Assembly (NCBI GenBank): GCA_963827895.1
Contig: CAWHCY010000010.1
Location: 128,355 to 192,354 of the forward strand
DNA from: an uncultured Chloroflexia bacterium
GTDB taxonomy: Bacteria > Chloroflexota > Anaerolineae > Anaerolineales > Anaerolineaceae
Direction of reading: 5' to 3'
DNA length: 64,000 nt
Part shown: positions 30,912 to 41,011 of the stretch, piece after piece
How the letters are laid out: each line of letters starts with the position of its first letter
Position numbering within the stretch: the first letter of the stretch is position 1
Notes under the pieces: generated by a model
Databases searched by the model: none
The model's input: only the letters and a program-made list of their open reading frames with translations
What the model was told of the DNA's origin: nothing
Made by a program: the position numbers and the translations under genes

Positions 30912-32432
30912 TTAGTAAAGCATCATGACTGCCTTGTTTATAATTTCAAGGATCCAGGCTGGCCAAATCCCGATCGCCAGGATAAAAACTATCAAAGGAA
31001 CCAGTACAAAGATTTCCCTGGTGTTGATCTCTGTTAGGTGCCCCACCCAGCGGGTATTGAGTGGACCATGCAGAACTTTTCTCAATGCGATAAGGACATA
31101 TGCACCCGTAAAAAGTAATCCGATCATGCTCAAGGCGGTTGCAACAATGAACACCGGCCATGATCCCCGCACTACCAGGAATTCAGAGACAAAGCCATTC
31201 AAACCGGGCAAACCGAGTGAAGCCATGGATATGAAGAGCAGCAATCCACCGAACAAGGGAACTAGGGTGAAGAGACCGCCAAAATCATCCAGGTTGCGGG
31301 TATGTGTCCGTTCATAAATGACGCCTACCAGGAAGAACATTCCCGCTGATGAAAGGCCATGGTTGAACATTTGCAAGACGGCACCGTTCAATGCAAGGTG
31401 AGCATTCTCTGTTCCTGCAGCAGCCGCTCCGACAGCGATCCCCAGGATCACGAAACCCATATGGTTGATGGATGAATAAGCTACGAGTTTCTTGAAGTCC
31501 CGTTGACCAAATGCTGCGAAAGCTCCAAATATGATGGCCATTGTCGCCAGGAAAGCCAGTGCCGCGGCAAAGAACTTTGCTTCCGCCGGGAAGAGCGGCA
31601 GCACCAGGCGCAGGAATCCATAAGCTCCCAGTTTGAGGAGGACACCAGCTAAAAGCATGGATCCCGGAGTTGGCGCTTCTGTATGAGCATCCGGAAGCCA
31701 GGTGTGGAAAGGCCACACGGGCACTTTGATGGCAAAAGCCACCACGAATGCCCAGAATGCTATCGTCTTGATCGTGGTCAGAGGTAGCCCGAACAGAGTG
31801 CCTGAAAGTCCTGGCCAGCTCTTGAACAATTGCGGCAGATCAAATGTGCCTGAAATTGCACCGATCAACTGGATGGAAAGCAGAAGCCCCAGTGATCCGG
31901 CCATGGTGTACAGGATAAATTTTAACGACGCATAATTCCGATTTTCACCACCCCATTGGTTGATGATGAAGTACATCGGCACAAGTCCAATTTCCCAGAA
32001 GACAAAGAAAAGCAGCAGGTCAAGCGAAACAAAAACACCCAGCATGCCTGTTTCCAGGAACAAGAACAGCATCATGTAAGGTTTGATGCGGTCCTTGATG
32101 GAGAAAGATGCCAGGAGTGCCAGGGGTGTCAATAATGTGGTCAACAGGACCATCGGCAGTGAAATGCCATCAATTCCGAGGTGATATGTCGAAGCGATGG
32201 ACGGGAACCAGGCTACCTGTTCCTGGTATTGGAAACCAGCCTGGTCAGCTTTGAATCCTGTCCACAAAAAAACAGTGAACATCAAAGGTAATAAGCTGAA
32301 CAGGAAAGCTGCCCACTTGATCAACTTCTCCTTGTTACTCGGCAGAAAGAAGATGACCGCTGCGGCAGCAGTTGGCAGGAATAAGATCAGCGTGAGAATG
32401 TGTCGTACGATGAAATCCATCGCTTGCTCCAA
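30912..32432 (-). CDS. nuoM: NADH-quinone oxidoreductase subunit M (copy 1)
   Basis: 506 aa. WPFHTWLPDAHTEAPTPGSMLLAGVLLKLG. Confidence 0.9.
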   Translation of the reverse strand: MEQAMDFIVRHILTLILFLPTAAAAVIFFLPSNKEKLIKWAAFLFSLLPLMFTVFLWTGFKADQAGFQYQEQVAWFPSIASTYHLGIDGISLPMVLLTTLLTPLALLASFSIKDRIKPYMMLFLFLETGMLGVFVSLDLLLFFVFWEIGLVPMYFIINQWGGENRNYASLKFILYTMAGSLGLLLSIQLIGAISGTFDLPQLFKSWPGLSGTLFGLPLTTIKTIAFWAFVVAFAIKVPVWPFHTWLPDAHTEAPTPGSMLLAGVLLKLGAYGFLRLVLPLFPAEAKFFAAALAFLATMAIIFGAFAAFGQRDFKKLVAYSSINHMGFVILGIAVGAAAAGTENAHLALNGAVLQMFNHGLSSAGMFFLVGVIYERTHTRNLDDFGGLFTLVPLFGGLLLFISMASLGLPGLNGFVSEFLVVRGSWPVFIVATALSMIGLLFTGAYVLIALRKVLHGPLNTRWVGHLTEINTREIFVLVPLIVFILAIGIWPAWILEIINKAVMMLY

Positions 32433-32441
32433 AGAATCAGA

Positions 32442-34622
32442 CTATATCAAAATATAGATCACCGCGAAGAGGATCGCGGAAAATACCATCACCACTGTGA
32501 TCGTAACGACCATGTATTGCTGTAATTTTCCGGACTGCATCGGGCTGATGGCCCCTCCCAGGTTTTTCACTCCACCTGCAAGACCGTCGCCGCCCATATT
32601 GATCACCGGAACGTCGAAACCCGACCTGACGATTCGTCCGACCCAGAGGAAGAAGCGGGCGATCCCATGCAGGGCGCCATCGATCACGATCTTATCCATC
32701 CACAGGCTGGTAAACACCTCTGAGACCCATTCAGCCGGTCGAATGAATATCTTCTGGTAAAACTCATCCACATAATATTTATTCTGCAGAATTGTATAAA
32801 CTCCACCCAGCTTACTCTGCAATGGGTCTTTTTGGGTCTTCATAGATCGATAAACCAGCCAGCCTAATCCCAACCCGCCCAGCGAAACGACGACAGAAAC
32901 CAGCAGGGGAATCGCATTGAAGGCGGCCACATGCTCCACCTCTCCCAACATACTGCCGGTAAATTTCTCGAACCAGTTGGGGAGAATGCCGCCCAACCCG
33001 GGGAAATTTTCCGGAATGCCGGACCAACCCGCGCCAACTGCGAAGATGGACAGGATCACCAGTGGCAGAGTCATCGTCCACTTTGTTTCCTGGGCATGTT
33101 CCGCTGATTTAGTGCGCGGTGTACCGAGGAATGTGAGTGTGATCTGGCGCATGGTATAAAATGCCGTCAATAAAGCAGCCAAAGCCAGGACAATGAATAC
33201 AACGGTCTGTCCGCCTTTGAATGCACTAGAGAGGATCTCATCTTTTGACCAGAACCCGGCAGTGATCAAAGGGAACCCGGAAAGGGCGAACCCACCGATC
33301 AGGAACGTCCAGAAGGTTACCGGCATCTTTTTACGCAGTCCGCCCATGTTCAGCATATTCTGCGGATCGACATCCTCGCCTGTGTGAAGCACCCCGTGCT
33401 CCATGCCGTGAATGACCGACCCGGAACCAAGGAACAGCAGCGCTTTAAAGAAAGCATGTGTTACAAGGTGGAAAATGGCTGCCGAGTAAGCACCGATGCC
33501 CACTGCGGCGATCATATACCCCAATTGGCTTATGGTGGAAAATGCCAGCACGCGTTTGATGTCATTTTGCGAAACTGCTATGGTCGCTGCAAATAGCGCG
33601 GTGAATGCCCCGACAGCGCCAACCACCAGCATGGCTGGAGTCAAAGCGCCTCCCGGTTCCCAACCGGCTGTCAGCAGCGGGAAAATGCGAATGGAGAGGT
33701 AAACACCAGCTGAAACCATGGTCGCCGCATGGATCATGGCTGAAACCGGTGTGGGTCCTTCCATGGCATCCGGCAGCCAGACGTGCAGCGGGAACTGGGC
33801 GGATTTGCCAATCGTCCCGATAAACAGTAAAAGACCAATCGCACCGGCAGTGGACAGCCCGAGTATGCCGGAGGATGTGGATGCCAGGCGTTGTAGTAAT
33901 TCTGGATTGGCAAATATCTCGCGATAATTCAATGTGCCGGCTGTGGTATAGAGGAATGCGATACCCAGCAGCATGAAGACATCCCCGACCCGGGTGGTCA
34001 TAAAGGCTTTCATGGCTGCTTTCTTGGCTGAATCCTTTCCATACCAGAAACCGATCAGCAGATAGGAACACAGTCCCATGATCTCCCAACCGACATACAA
34101 CAGCAGCAGGTTATCACAGACCACCAGCAGGTACATGGCGAAGGCAAACAGGCTCAGGAAGGCAAAGAAACGGGAATACATCGGTTCAACGGATGGAACC
34201 CGGTGAGAGTGTCCGTCTGAACCGGTAATGGTCGCCCCATGTGGAGGCAGGCCGGCAACGTCATGATCACCTTTGGGAGACCCGAAGTTCTGGTAACCTA
34301 CACTATAAATGAAGATCATCAAGATCGTCCAGGACACGAAGAAAAGCACTACGGCGGTGAGGTTATCAACCTGCACCCCGATCTGCAAGTATCCGGTACC
34401 GGTCGGCAGCCAGTTGATCGCGCTGCGGATGGGTTCTTCCGCCAGGTGTGGTTTGGTGACAGCAGTAACGAAGGTGATCATGCTCAACAGCCAGGATATG
34501 GCTGCAGCACCGATCGCAATGGTATGGCTAAAGGCTTTGGACCGGTTCGTAAACAGGATGATGAGAATAAATGCCAGTAACGGCGGGAGAGGAATTAACC
34601 AGACTAATGTTTCAGGTGTCAT
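32442..34622 (-). CDS. nuoL: NADH-quinone oxidoreductase subunit L (long, 726 aa)
   Basis: FPLHVWLPDAMEGPTPVSAMIHAATMV plus a C-terminal lateral-helix region. Confidence 0.93.
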   Translation of the reverse strand: MTPETLVWLIPLPPLLAFILIILFTNRSKAFSHTIAIGAAAISWLLSMITFVTAVTKPHLAEEPIRSAINWLPTGTGYLQIGVQVDNLTAVVLFFVSWTILMIFIYSVGYQNFGSPKGDHDVAGLPPHGATITGSDGHSHRVPSVEPMYSRFFAFLSLFAFAMYLLVVCDNLLLLYVGWEIMGLCSYLLIGFWYGKDSAKKAAMKAFMTTRVGDVFMLLGIAFLYTTAGTLNYREIFANPELLQRLASTSSGILGLSTAGAIGLLLFIGTIGKSAQFPLHVWLPDAMEGPTPVSAMIHAATMVSAGVYLSIRIFPLLTAGWEPGGALTPAMLVVGAVGAFTALFAATIAVSQNDIKRVLAFSTISQLGYMIAAVGIGAYSAAIFHLVTHAFFKALLFLGSGSVIHGMEHGVLHTGEDVDPQNMLNMGGLRKKMPVTFWTFLIGGFALSGFPLITAGFWSKDEILSSAFKGGQTVVFIVLALAALLTAFYTMRQITLTFLGTPRTKSAEHAQETKWTMTLPLVILSIFAVGAGWSGIPENFPGLGGILPNWFEKFTGSMLGEVEHVAAFNAIPLLVSVVVSLGGLGLGWLVYRSMKTQKDPLQSKLGGVYTILQNKYYVDEFYQKIFIRPAEWVSEVFTSLWMDKIVIDGALHGIARFFLWVGRIVRSGFDVPVINMGGDGLAGGVKNLGGAISPMQSGKLQQYMVVTITVVMVFSAILFAVIYILI

Positions 34623-34642
34623 AATGTTCCGTTATCTCCGAG

Positions 34643-34951
34643 TTAGCCCTTTAAGGAGGAAATTTCTTCTGTCACGATAGTCTTTTGTTTCCGGTACACA
34701 GCAATAAATATCGCCAGGCCGACTGCCACTTCTGCAGCCGCGGCTGTGATCACGATGATAACGAAGACCATTCCAGCCGCATGGACGACATCCAAATACC
34801 GCCAGAAAGCCAGCAAATTAATATTGACCGCATTCAGGATCAACTCGACACCCAACAGCATGGCAATTGCATTCTTGCGGGTAAGTACGCCGAAAAGGCC
34901 GATGCAAACCATCCCTGCTGCCAGAATAAGATACCAGGATAATGGGATCAT
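34643..34951 (-). CDS. nuoK: NADH-quinone oxidoreductase subunit K
   Basis: 102 aa, 3 TM. LLGVELILNAVNINLLAF...AAAEVAVGLAI. Confidence 0.93.
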   Translation of the reverse strand: MIPLSWYLILAAGMVCIGLFGVLTRKNAIAMLLGVELILNAVNINLLAFWRYLDVVHAAGMVFVIIVITAAAAEVAVGLAIFIAVYRKQKTIVTEEISSLKG

Positions 34952-35476
34952 TTGTCACTCTCCCCGGTACTGCGGTCCCGGCCGATGTAAATTGAACCGA
35001 CCAGTGCTGCCAGAAGTAAAATGGAAGCTGTTTCGAAAGGAATCAGGAAACCATTAGGATCCACAAGTGCCACACCCAGGTTGGCAACCGTATCCGGGTT
35101 GACAACTGGTTCTGTAAGCACGGTCCGAGATCCATTCCAGGACATGATCATATATACCAACCCGGCGTACATCAAAACGCAAAGGATGGTTGTCAGAATA
35201 AAATATTTGTTCAATTGCTGTCCTGTATCCATCATCGCTTTGCGGGTCAGCATCACTGCGAATATGAACAAAACTGCAATGGCTCCAATATATACGATCA
35301 CCTGGACGACTGCAAAAAATGGCGCCTGTAACAATGCAAAGATGTACTGCCACACCCGCCAGGGCCAATATCAACCAGAGCGCAGCGTGGATCATCTTCG
35401 GGGCGGTCACAACCAACACAGAAGAAAACAGGATGACCACTGCTGAAACAAGGAATATGGCTTGATCAAGCGTCAT
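34948..35476 (-). CDS. nuoJ: NADH-quinone oxidoreductase subunit J, frameshifted near 35348-35356
   Basis: MTLDQAIFLVSAVVILFSSVLVVTAPKMIHAALWLILALAGVA | QYIFALLQAPFFAVVQVIVYIGAIAVLFIFAVML joins across frames. Confidence 0.88.
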
Positions 35477-36686
35477 GTGTGTGCTCCATTACCATGGTTT
35501 GTGTTGATCGATGGCTTTCCGCCAGTTCATCCATTTTTATTTTTCTTTTATTAAGGGAAGCTCTGCCTACCAGGAAGACAATTCCAAGAATGACCAGGTT
35601 TGCTGCCAGGTGAACAAGTATCCTGACGACTGACCCTGAATTCACCATAATTTTTTCGATCAAAGCGGTTGTAACCACCGCCATCAGCGCGATCGGGGTA
35701 AAGATCTGCCAGTTCAGTTTCATCACCTGGTCCAGACGGAAGCGCGGGAAGGACCCGCGGAAAAGGATCACCAGGAAGTAAACCACCATTGTTTTGATAA
35801 CAAAGTACACAAACCCCAGGGTCGGTATTTGCTGCGCCCAGGGACCCTGCCAGCCGCCTAGGAAGACTGCTGTAAACAAAAGGGAGATGGTAAATGCGTG
35901 CAGGAATTCGCCGACATAGAACATGCCGAATTTCAGGCCGGAGTATTCAATGTTGAATCCGGCCACGATCTCAGATTCTGCTTCAGCCAGGTCGAATGGA
36001 GCACGACCCACTTCTGCCACTGAACTGATGAAGAATAACAAGGCCGCCAGGGGTGCTACCACTATGAACCATACGGGTTGAGCTTTCACAATCGTATTCA
36101 ACCCCATTGATCGGGCTAATATCACCGGGACTAGTAAAGCCATAGCCATGGGGATCTCATAAGAGATCAGCTGGGCGATCACCCGGAAAGCGCCAAGCAT
36201 GGCATATTTATTATTCGAAGAATAGCCTGCGAAAATGATCCCCAGTGAGCTGATTGCTCCAGCGGCGATCAAGTACAACACACCAACATTAATATCCACA
36301 CCGTAAACGGTCGGACTGAAAGGAACCACCGCCCATATGATCAGAATCCCGCCCACCGCCATGATCGGTGCCAGGTTATAAGGGACAACATCTGCTCCTG
36401 CTGGGGTTATGTATTCTTTGGTGAAGATCTTGGCCATATCCGCAAATGGTTGGAAGAGACCGAACGGCCCGACACGGTTAGGTCCCAACCGGTCTTGTAA
36501 GCGACCGATGATCTTACGTTCATACCAGATCAAAAAGATCACCCACAGCATGGCCAGCAGTGGTAAGGCGACTGCACCCAGTGTGGGGACGATCTGACCT
36601 GCTAAGGATGCAGGCAAGTTAAGAGGTGTGAGCCATTTTTGTATCAGTGTGCTGATAAAAATTACCGGATCGCGCAGAAAATCCAT
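35466..36686 (-). CDS. nuoH: NADH-quinone oxidoreductase subunit H
   Basis: ERKIIGRLQDRLGPNRVGPFGLFQPFADMAK and RAPFDLAEAESEIVAGFNIEYSG. Confidence 0.93.
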   Translation of the reverse strand: MDFLRDPVIFISTLIQKWLTPLNLPASLAGQIVPTLGAVALPLLAMLWVIFLIWYERKIIGRLQDRLGPNRVGPFGLFQPFADMAKIFTKEYITPAGADVVPYNLAPIMAVGGILIIWAVVPFSPTVYGVDINVGVLYLIAAGAISSLGIIFAGYSSNNKYAMLGAFRVIAQLISYEIPMAMALLVPVILARSMGLNTIVKAQPVWFIVVAPLAALLFFISSVAEVGRAPFDLAEAESEIVAGFNIEYSGLKFGMFYVGEFLHAFTISLLFTAVFLGGWQGPWAQQIPTLGFVYFVIKTMVVYFLVILFRGSFPRFRLDQVMKLNWQIFTPIALMAVVTTALIEKIMVNSGSVVRILVHLAANLVILGIVFLVGRASLNKRKIKMDELAESHRSTQTMVMEHTHDA

Positions 36687-36734
36687 TCCGACTCCTTAGG
36701 GTTAACCCGGCAGGTTAATAAATTTGATTTAGCT

Positions 36735-37091
36735 TTAAGACCATTCGAAGGCACCCTTTTTCCATGCGTAAAGCAGTCCCGCCGCAAGGATCAGGATAAA
36801 TAAAACACCTTCCAGAACAGCAAAAAGACCAAGTTTATCGAAGGCGATCGCCCATGGATAAAGAAAAACGGTCTCAATATCAAACACGAGGAATACGAGG
36901 CCGATCAGGTAATACTGGGCCTTGAACTGCACCCAGGTTTCCCCTTCGGTCTCGAGTCCGCATTCATACGTGGATGTTTTAATTGAATTGGATCTTTCAG
37001 GAGCGAGGAGCCCGGCCATGAAAATTGCTACAGCCGGTAATCCCAATGAAACAACCATGAATACTCCGATGTAAAACCATTCGTTGTTCAT
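36735..37091 (-). CDS. nuoA: NADH-quinone oxidoreductase subunit A
   Basis: STYECGLE...FKAQYYLIGLVFLVFDIETVFLYPWA. Confidence 0.93.
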   Translation of the reverse strand: MNNEWFYIGVFMVVSLGLPAVAIFMAGLLAPERSNSIKTSTYECGLETEGETWVQFKAQYYLIGLVFLVFDIETVFLYPWAIAFDKLGLFAVLEGVLFILILAAGLLYAWKKGAFEWS

Positions 37092-37174
37092 ATAACCCTC
37101 AAACAGAAAGGATAGCCCGGAAAATAAACCTCATTGGGTCAAATTATTTTATCATAACTATTATCTTATCAGCA

Positions 37175-37840
37175 CTATTTTTTCCGAACGAATTTCCCGA
37201 AACCCCATAGAGCTGCACCAATAACACCCAGGCAAAGGCTGACAATTCGGGAAGCAATCAAATCCATACCCAGTAATGTAGTAACCGGGATTTCCATATC
37301 CCGGGCAACCAGCGGATAATCGAGCGACAGTCCTTGCGGATTTTCTATGGAGAGGTAGATCCATAATTTGCCTATCTGTGGTTCCTTTCGGGTGGATAGG
37401 AGATTCCAATGGAAAGCCGGGGATGCTTGCTGGGAGATCGATTTTTGGTAAATTCCTGCCGGTTCGACGAATTGGCGTGGAAATTCAAGATGGGCTTTTA
37501 TTTGCAGGTTGAAATCGACTGGCGTTGATTCCATTTGATCTTCATTATCTACTCTAGCCAGGCTGGCAGCAACCTCGACATGACCTTTTCTGCCCTGCAA
37601 AATATTCTTTGGAAATTGAAGGGCAATCTCCAGGTTGGAATTCTTTAGAAAATCTTTGATATCCTCACTGTCAGAGAAGTCCTGGATCTCAGCATAATCT
37701 GAACTGATCCGTTCAACTATATCTTCACCTTTGAAGTTGAATTGTATTTTCTCCGATCGATCCGGAATAAACCCGATCAAAATCAGCAGGCCAGCCAGGA
37801 CCAATAATAAAATACCAAGTTTTCTCATGGACGGTTTCAC
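37175..37840 (-). CDS. hypothetical protein with N- and C-terminal TM anchors
   Basis: 221-aa ORF, co-oriented and 83 nt upstream of nuoA. No recognisable motif. Confidence 0.45.
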   Translation of the reverse strand: MKPSMRKLGILLLVLAGLLILIGFIPDRSEKIQFNFKGEDIVERISSDYAEIQDFSDSEDIKDFLKNSNLEIALQFPKNILQGRKGHVEVAASLARVDNEDQMESTPVDFNLQIKAHLEFPRQFVEPAGIYQKSISQQASPAFHWNLLSTRKEPQIGKLWIYLSIENPQGLSLDYPLVARDMEIPVTTLLGMDLIASRIVSLCLGVIGAALWGFGKFVRKK

Positions 37841-37889
37841 CCCTTTAGAATATCATATAGATGAGCGTATGGAAATGGAGAATCCGGAT

Positions 37890-38687
37890 ATGAAAGTAAC
37901 CAAACAAAGAACACAAGAACTCACGCGCCGTGACTTTCTGCAAAAAGTCACCACTTCCTTGGCGGGATTATTCATAGCCGCACCTGCACTATCCACATAC
38001 CTTAATGGAAAGAATTTATTGCTGCAACCAGACCAGGTTTTAGCCATGGTAGAACTGCCTGCTCTGGCTGAACTGCAAGACGCGCTGTTGGTCCGCATCA
38101 TAGACACATCCCACCCCATCACTGAGGAAGAGATCACCGCCTTGATTACGCCGAATTTACAGAAAATACCTCTTAAGCTGGAAGGCATCCGGGCTGCGAA
38201 TGAAAATATCCGCGTGCATTCGCTCCTCTTACCTTCACTCGAAAACCTGTTTACACAGGCAAACAGCGACTTGACCGGTTTATTTATTCATAGCGGATTC
38301 CGATCTTATGAGGAACAAGCCATCGCCTACAGCAAGTCGAAAGACAAGCTGGTAGTGCTAAAACCCGGCACTTCCCAGCACCATTCAGGACTGGCGCTGG
38401 ATTTCACCTCTTCGGATATTGGGAAACAGGTTGACATCAGCCTTCACTTCGAGAATACCAAGGCGGCAAAGTGGATGGAGGCTCACGCCTGGGAATACGG
38501 CTTTGTTCCCAGTTATATCAACAGCCATGATGGGATCAAGAATGAACCCTGGCACTATCTTTACATGGGAAAAGAGTTGTCAGAAGCCTATATGCGCTTG
38601 AAATCCGGCGGCTGGTACGGGGATGTCTTCCTGCTGCAGCATGCGGTCAACCTGGGGATGCAGAAAATCGTCCTTGAAATACCGTAA
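37890..38687 (+). CDS. peptidase M15B (VanY-like D-Ala-D-Ala carboxypeptidase) with twin-arginine signal
   Basis: Tat motif TRRDFLQKV...APALS. Zn-ligand motifs SGFRSYEEQ, GTSQHHSGLALD and EPWHY. Alternative starts at 37869/37875. Confidence 0.8.
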   Translation: MKVTKQRTQELTRRDFLQKVTTSLAGLFIAAPALSTYLNGKNLLLQPDQVLAMVELPALAELQDALLVRIIDTSHPITEEEITALITPNLQKIPLKLEGIRAANENIRVHSLLLPSLENLFTQANSDLTGLFIHSGFRSYEEQAIAYSKSKDKLVVLKPGTSQHHSGLALDFTSSDIGKQVDISLHFENTKAAKWMEAHAWEYGFVPSYINSHDGIKNEPWHYLYMGKELSEAYMRLKSGGWYGDVFLLQHAVNLGMQKIVLEIP

Positions 38688-38779
38688 TCAGCATGGATAC
38701 GCAAATGCTGATCGCAATGAACAGGAATTTCAGGAAATTCAGGTAGAATTGAATTATCAAACCCTTTATTGGAGGATAA

Positions 38780-40213
38780 ATGATCAAACACCCGGCTGAG
38801 CCATTTCGCATTAAATCTGTTGAACCCATCAGGTTGATCGATGCTGCTGCACGCAAGAAGGCATTGAAAGATGCCGGCTACAATATTTTCGCTGTCAAAG
38901 CGGAAGATGTGTTTATCGATTTTCTGACAGATTCGGGTACAGGTGCCATGAGCCAGCATCAATGGGCTGCCATCATGGAAGGCGATGAATCCTATGCCGG
39001 TGCGCGTTCCTTCTATAAACTCAAAGAATCCATGGACCTGATCTTTGGTTTTGAATTCTTTGTGCCCACCCATCAAGGCCGGGCAGCAGAAAACATCCTC
39101 GCCCAATTGACGGTCAAACCCGGGAACTCCATCCCATCCAATATGCATTTTGACACCACCGAAGGCAACATCCGCGCCCGCGGCGGCAGACCTGCCAACC
39201 TGGTGATTGATGAGGCTTTCGACCCATCTAACCACCACCCGTTCAAAGGGAATATGGATATTCGTAAGTTGAAAGAATTCATCGAAAAAACAGGTAAAGA
39301 GAATATCCCATTTGGAACGATCACCATTACCAATAACGCCGGCGGCGGCCAACCTGTCTCCATGGAGAATATTCGCCAGGTGTCCGAGGTTTATCACAGC
39401 TATAAGATCCCCTTCTTCATCGATAGCTGCCGCTACGCAGAAAATTCCTATTTCATCAAGCAGCGTGAACCCGGATATGCGGATAAAACCATTCTGGAGA
39501 TCGCCCAGGAGATCTTCTCGTACGCTGATGGTGCCTGGATGAGCGCCAAGAAAGACGCCATTGTGAATATTGGCGGCTTCCTGGCTGTTCGTTCTGCCGA
39601 CCTGTACCAGAAGATTTGCAATGAGTTGATCATGCGCGAGGGCTTTCCCACTTATGGTGGTCTGGCCGGACGCGACCTGGCAGCCATGGCGGTAGGATTG
39701 CTGGAAGGGCTGGATGAGGAGTATCTTACCTACCGCATCGGTCAGACTGCTTATATCGGTAATAAACTGCTGGAAGCCGGCATCCCGATCATCGAGCCCC
39801 CGGGCGGACACGCCATTTATATTGATGCCGGGAAAATGCTTGCGCATATTCCGCAGATCGCATTCCCGGGGATCGCCCTGAGCTGCGCCATGTACCTGGA
39901 AGGCGGCATCCGCGCCTGCGAAATTGGCTCGGTCATGTTTGCGTATGCCGACCCGGATACCGGCAAAATGGTGCATCCCAAGCTGGAACTGGTGCGCATG
40001 GCCATTCCGCGCCGCATGTACACCCAGAGCCATTTTGATTATGTGGTCGATGTGCTGAAAGAGATCAACGCGAAGAAATCGACTTTGGGCGGCTACAAGA
40101 TCACCTATCAGGCCCCCCTGATGCGCCACTTCACCGCTAAATTCGAACCATTGGCTGCAGATAACCGCACTCCGCATGAGAAGGTGATGGAGTCAAAAAG
40201 AAAAACGTTATAG
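38780..40213 (+). CDS. beta-eliminating lyase: tryptophanase / tyrosine phenol-lyase family
   Basis: EPFRIKSVEPI...FIDFLTDSGTGAMS...PTHQGRAAE...SAKKDAIVNIGGF (PLP lysine)...LRHFTAKFEP. Cannot discriminate TnaA from Tpl by eye. Confidence 0.9.
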   Translation: MIKHPAEPFRIKSVEPIRLIDAAARKKALKDAGYNIFAVKAEDVFIDFLTDSGTGAMSQHQWAAIMEGDESYAGARSFYKLKESMDLIFGFEFFVPTHQGRAAENILAQLTVKPGNSIPSNMHFDTTEGNIRARGGRPANLVIDEAFDPSNHHPFKGNMDIRKLKEFIEKTGKENIPFGTITITNNAGGGQPVSMENIRQVSEVYHSYKIPFFIDSCRYAENSYFIKQREPGYADKTILEIAQEIFSYADGAWMSAKKDAIVNIGGFLAVRSADLYQKICNELIMREGFPTYGGLAGRDLAAMAVGLLEGLDEEYLTYRIGQTAYIGNKLLEAGIPIIEPPGGHAIYIDAGKMLAHIPQIAFPGIALSCAMYLEGGIRACEIGSVMFAYADPDTGKMVHPKLELVRMAIPRRMYTQSHFDYVVDVLKEINAKKSTLGGYKITYQAPLMRHFTAKFEPLAADNRTPHEKVMESKRKTL

Positions 40214-40220
40214 AATAGTC

Positions 40221-40326
40221 GTAGGTCGGATAGAGTAAATGTAGGTCGGAAAGAGCGAAGCGAAATCCGACAATGAACAATTAATAAAGAGTTGGATTTC
40301 GGGCTTTCGCCCTCTATCCAACCTAC
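40221..40326 (+). repeat. REP doublet module (BIME-like)
   Basis: gtaggtcggatagagtaaat + tGTAGGTCGGAaagagcgaagcgaaATCCGACA + spacer + GTTGGATttcgggctttcgccctctATCCAACCTAC. Confidence 0.85.
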
Positions 40327-40351
40327 AAAAGGTAATGAATATAATTAACAC

Positions 40352-40888
40352 ATGAATTACCGAAGAGTGTATCAGCCAGGTGGGACATTTTTCTTCACCG
40401 TGGTAACCTTTAACCGGAATAATTATTTTTCTTCTCAGTCAAACATGGAGATCCTGAGGGATGCGTTTCGTTATGTCATAAAGAAACATCCGTTCAATAT
40501 GATTGCTCACGTTATATTGCCAGATCACCTGCATGTCATTTTGCAATTACCTGAAGGAGATCAGGACTATTCCACAAGGTGTAGGTTAATAAAAGGCTAT
40601 GTTTCTAGAAATTGGAATAACCAAAATTATGCTTCTGATGCTGTCCACCTTCAACAACCGCATCGTTTTTGGCAGAACCGATTTTGGGAACACACCATTC
40701 GGAACCAGCTTGATCTGGATAAGCATATTGACTATATCCATTTCAATCCCGTCAAGCATAAGCTTGTTGCAGACCCCTTGAAATGGGAATATTCCAGCTT
40801 TCGTAAGTATATAGATGAAGGTTCTTATAACGAAGATTGGGGTAAGGTTGAACCCAACGATATATTTAAAGGTGTAGCTGGGGAGTAA
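40352..40888 (+). CDS. REP-associated tyrosine transposase (RAYT, IS200/IS605 Y1 HUH family)
   Basis: HUH motif LPDHLHVIL. ..FWQNRFWEHTIRNQLDLDKHIDYIHFNPVKHKLV (catalytic Tyr region). ..WEYSSFRKYIDEG. Confidence 0.88.
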   Translation: MNYRRVYQPGGTFFFTVVTFNRNNYFSSQSNMEILRDAFRYVIKKHPFNMIAHVILPDHLHVILQLPEGDQDYSTRCRLIKGYVSRNWNNQNYASDAVHLQQPHRFWQNRFWEHTIRNQLDLDKHIDYIHFNPVKHKLVADPLKWEYSSFRKYIDEGSYNEDWGKVEPNDIFKGVAGE

Positions 40889-40900
40889 ATTATTTTTGTT

Positions 40901-41000
40901 GTATGTCGGGTAGAGTTATTGTAGGTCGAATAGAGCGTAGCGAAATCCGACAATAAATCATAAAAGAGTTGGATTTCGGGTATTCACCTCAATCCTACCT
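40901..41000 (+). repeat. REP doublet module
   Basis: gtatgtcgggtagagttatt + gtaggtcgaatagagcgtagcgaaatccgaca + spacer + gttggatttcgggtattcacctcaatcctacct. Confidence 0.85.
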
Positions 41001-41011
41001 AAGAAAACCAT

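Larger units (their letters stand above)
40221..41000 (+). mobile_element. REPtron: RAYT gene bracketed by two directly oriented ~100-bp REP doublet modules
   Basis: Modules at 40221-40326 and 40901-41000 share the same architecture: partial unit, type-1 REP, ~18-20-nt AT spacer, inverted type-2 REP. Confidence 0.8.

Noticed and set aside
38588-40177. 529-aa ORF on the minus strand
   Set aside because: It is exactly antisense to the strongly conserved beta-eliminating lyase gene (38780..40213). It has no recognisable motifs and a His/Gly/Ala-skewed composition typical of shadow ORFs. The sense gene has the PLP-lysine motif and an RBS.
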